A stretch of DNA of 64,000 bases from an uncultured Pelagibacteraceae bacterium (GTDB lineage Bacteria > Pseudomonadota > Alphaproteobacteria > Pelagibacterales > Pelagibacteraceae): NCBI GenBank assembly GCA_902580535.1, contig CACHKZ010000001.1, positions 10,498-74,497 on the forward strand, written 5' to 3'. The number at the start of each line of letters is the position of its first letter. Positions within the stretch are counted from its first letter, which is position 1. Shown here one piece after another: positions 61,373-64,000 of this stretch. The position numbers and the translations under genes are program-made. The notes below the pieces were generated by a model that did not search any database, was not told the DNA's origin, and saw nothing but the letters and a program-made list of their open reading frames with translations.

Positions 61373-63271
61373 ATGACAGTCAAATTTAACAAAATTTATC
61401 AAGAGTCAATTCAAAATCCTGAGAAGTTTTGGCAAAATGTGTCTGAGGATATCTTTTGGTTTAAGAAACCAAAAAAAATTTTAAATAAATCTAAACCTCC
61501 ATTTTATAAATGGTTTGAAGATGGAGTAACGAACACCTGTTACAACGCAATTGATACTCATATTGATCATGGCAAGGGAGAAAGGACTGCCTTAATATAT
61601 GATAGTCCAATTACAAACAACAAATCAAAGTTCACTTATAATGAATTGAGAAATAGAGTTTCAAAATTTGCAGGAGCACTTGATAATCAAGGTATCAAAA
61701 AAGGTGATAGAGTAATTATTTACATGCCAATGATACCAGAAGCCGTTATAGCAATGCTTGCATGTGGAAGAATTGGAGCAATACATTCGGTTGTCTTTGG
61801 TGGATTTGCATCGAATGAGCTAGCAAGTAGGATTGATGATAGTAAAGCTAAGATTTTAATTACTGCCTCTTGTGGATTTGAGCCAGGGAGAACAGTTGAA
61901 TATAGACCTTTAGTTGACGGAGCACTTAAACTTGCAAAACATAAAGTTGAAAAAGTAATTTTCTTTCAAAGAAAAGGTTATGAGGTGAAAATTAATTCAC
62001 CTCTTGAGATAAGCTGGGAAGAGTCTCTAGTAAATGCAAAAGATAAAGATTGTGTAGAAATAGGAGCTAATGAATTTGCTTACATTTTATACACATCAGG
62101 AACTACTGGAATACCAAAAGGTATAGTTAGAGATGTTGGTGGTCATATTGTTGCTCTAAAGTGGACTATGAAAAATATTTATAATGTAGATGAAAATGAT
62201 GTTTGGTGGTCTGCAAGTGATATTGGATGGATAGTAGGACACTCTTATATTGTTTATGCTCCCTTGTTCAAAGGATGTACAACTGTATTGTTTGAGGGTA
62301 AACCAGTTGGGACACCTGATGCGGGTGTTTTTTGGAGAATTATTTCTGAATACAAAATAAAATCTTTGTTTACTGCCCCAACTGCTTTCAGAGCCATTAA
62401 AAAAGAGGATCCAGACGGAAATTTTTTTTCTAAATATGACTTAAGTTCATTTAAGTCATTATTCTTAGCTGGAGAGAGAGCTGATCCTGATACTTTAAAG
62501 TGGGCAGAAAATCTTTTAAATGTTCCTGTAATTGATCACTGGTGGCAAACAGAAACTAGTTGGGCAATTAGTTCAAATTGTACTGGAATAGAAATGCAAA
62601 AAACTAAATACGGATCAGCATGCAAAGCTGTTCCTGGTTATGATGTCAAAATTATTAAACCAGATCATTCAATTGCAAAACCAAATGAAATGGGAGACAT
62701 AGTTGTAAAATTACCTTTACCTCCAGGAACATTTCCAACGCTTTGGAATGCAGATAAAAGATATGAGGAAAATTATATGTCTAATTATAAAGGTTATTAC
62801 CAAACGTATGATGCAGGACACATTGATGAAGATGGTTACATTTGGATTATGTCAAGAACAGATGACATCATTAATGTTGCTGGACATAGATTATCTACTG
62901 GGGCAATAGAAGAGGTTTTGTCTGAACATCAATCAGTTGCAGAGTGTGCCGTTCTTGGAATTGCAGATAAATTAAAAGGACAGTTACCAATAGGCCTAGT
63001 TGTTCTAAAAACCGGAGTTGAAAAGGATAATGATACTGTCTCAAAAGAATGTATTAAAATGGTTAGAGATAAAATTGGACCAGTAGCAGCTTTTAAAGTT
63101 GTCATCGTAATAAAAAGATTACCCAAAACAAGATCTGGAAAAATTTTAAGGGGAACTATAAGGAAAATAGCTGATGGTGAGGATTACAAAATGCCAGCGA
63201 CAATTGATGATCCAGCAATTCTAAGTGAGATTACTCAAAGTTTAATTGATAATAAAATTCTTAAAGAATAA
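61373..63271 (+). CDS. prpE: Propionyl-CoA synthetase (PrpE/ACSS3-like acyl-CoA synthetase)
   Basis: GAIHSVVFGGF, YTSGTTG.PKG, DHWWQTET, INVAGHRL, LPKTRSGKI. Confidence 0.85.
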   Translation: MTVKFNKIYQESIQNPEKFWQNVSEDIFWFKKPKKILNKSKPPFYKWFEDGVTNTCYNAIDTHIDHGKGERTALIYDSPITNNKSKFTYNELRNRVSKFAGALDNQGIKKGDRVIIYMPMIPEAVIAMLACGRIGAIHSVVFGGFASNELASRIDDSKAKILITASCGFEPGRTVEYRPLVDGALKLAKHKVEKVIFFQRKGYEVKINSPLEISWEESLVNAKDKDCVEIGANEFAYILYTSGTTGIPKGIVRDVGGHIVALKWTMKNIYNVDENDVWWSASDIGWIVGHSYIVYAPLFKGCTTVLFEGKPVGTPDAGVFWRIISEYKIKSLFTAPTAFRAIKKEDPDGNFFSKYDLSSFKSLFLAGERADPDTLKWAENLLNVPVIDHWWQTETSWAISSNCTGIEMQKTKYGSACKAVPGYDVKIIKPDHSIAKPNEMGDIVVKLPLPPGTFPTLWNADKRYEENYMSNYKGYYQTYDAGHIDEDGYIWIMSRTDDIINVAGHRLSTGAIEEVLSEHQSVAECAVLGIADKLKGQLPIGLVVLKTGVEKDNDTVSKECIKMVRDKIGPVAAFKVVIVIKRLPKTRSGKILRGTIRKIADGEDYKMPATIDDPAILSEITQSLIDNKILKE

Positions 63272-63277
63272 AATTAA

Positions 63278-64000
63278 TTAATCTTCAAATTTAATTGGTT
63301 TTCCAGATGGTTCTCCAATGATCTTACCATCTTTCATTTTAATCTCTCCGTTTATAATTGTATAAGCTGGGGTTCCCTTAAACTTATATCCATCAAAAGG
63401 CGACCAACCACACTTACTTTCTATTTTATCATTTTTAATCTCAATAATTTTGTTCATATCCACAATTGTAAAGTCCGCATCATACTCTTCCTTTATGAAA
63501 CCCTTTCCTATAATTCCAAAAATTTTTGCAGGGTTCTCACATACAAGATTCATTAATTGTTCAAGTGATAATTTACCATTATTTACATGATTAAGCATTA
63601 CAGGCATTAAAGTTTGGACTCCTGGCATACCTGACGGCGTATCAGGATACTCTTTGTCTTTATTCACTTTTAGATGTGGAGCATGATCAGAGCCAATTGT
63701 ATCATTATAATTATTTCTCACTGCATACCATAAACGATCATAATGACTTTTATCTCTCAAGGGCGGATTCATTTGAGCGTAAGTTCCAAGTTTATCATAG
63801 CAGTCGGGCGCAAATATGGTTAAATGTTGTGGAGTTATCTCAAAAGTAATATTTCCTTTATTCTGAGATAAAAAATCTATTTCCTGTTTAGTAGTAATAT
63901 GTAAGATATGAGCTTTCTTTCCTAATCTTTTTGCAATTTTAACAATTTTTCTTGTCGATGAAATTGCACATTCTTCATCCCTCCATATTGGATGGGAGTG
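63278..64000 (-). CDS. pyrC: Dihydroorotase, C-terminal part (gene starts beyond the window)
   Basis: Frame open to the window end (HSHPIWRDEE..., HILHIT, EITPQHL, MNPPLR, IGSDHAPH, NPAKIFG). Confidence 0.88.
   Translation of the reverse strand, partial: HSHPIWRDEECAISSTRKIVKIAKRLGKKAHILHITTKQEIDFLSQNKGNITFEITPQHLTIFAPDCYDKLGTYAQMNPPLRDKSHYDRLWYAVRNNYNDTIGSDHAPHLKVNKDKEYPDTPSGMPGVQTLMPVMLNHVNNGKLSLEQLMNLVCENPAKIFGIIGKGFIKEEYDADFTIVDMNKIIEIKNDKIESKCGWSPFDGYKFKGTPAYTIINGEIKMKDGKIIGEPSGKPIKFED

Overview
Very AT-rich, gene-dense bacterial chromosome segment with almost no intergenic DNA. Gene content and order (proteorhodopsin-ferredoxin-ferredoxin reductase-GST-dksA; recA-alaS-icd; psd-pssA; guaAB; panB) point to a marine Pelagibacterales (SAR11) alphaproteobacterium. 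It holds about 62 CDS, from a partial purF to a partial pyrC; I found no rRNA, tRNA, CRISPR array, integrase or transposase. Main points: (1) a ~1.05 kb integrase-less mini-island (8277-9324) that appears to be inserted into the 5' end of a small conserved gene and restores it with a divergent copy; its single orphan cargo gene is flanked by 39-bp direct repeats and short tandem repeats resembling integrase arm sites. (2) A DMT-amidinotransferase-threonine aldolase operon that could be a glycine-scavenging route. (3) A photo-oxidative stress block with an Fe-S-free (6-4)-type photolyase and a gene set resembling furan-fatty-acid synthesis. (4) pxpABC next to a DctP6/7-like TRAP transporter. 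(5) umuDC with a LexA box, a DnaA box and a GANTC cluster. (6) A DUF1800-DUF1501(Tat)-lyase-like operon. All calls come from motif recognition by eye; no database searches were run.
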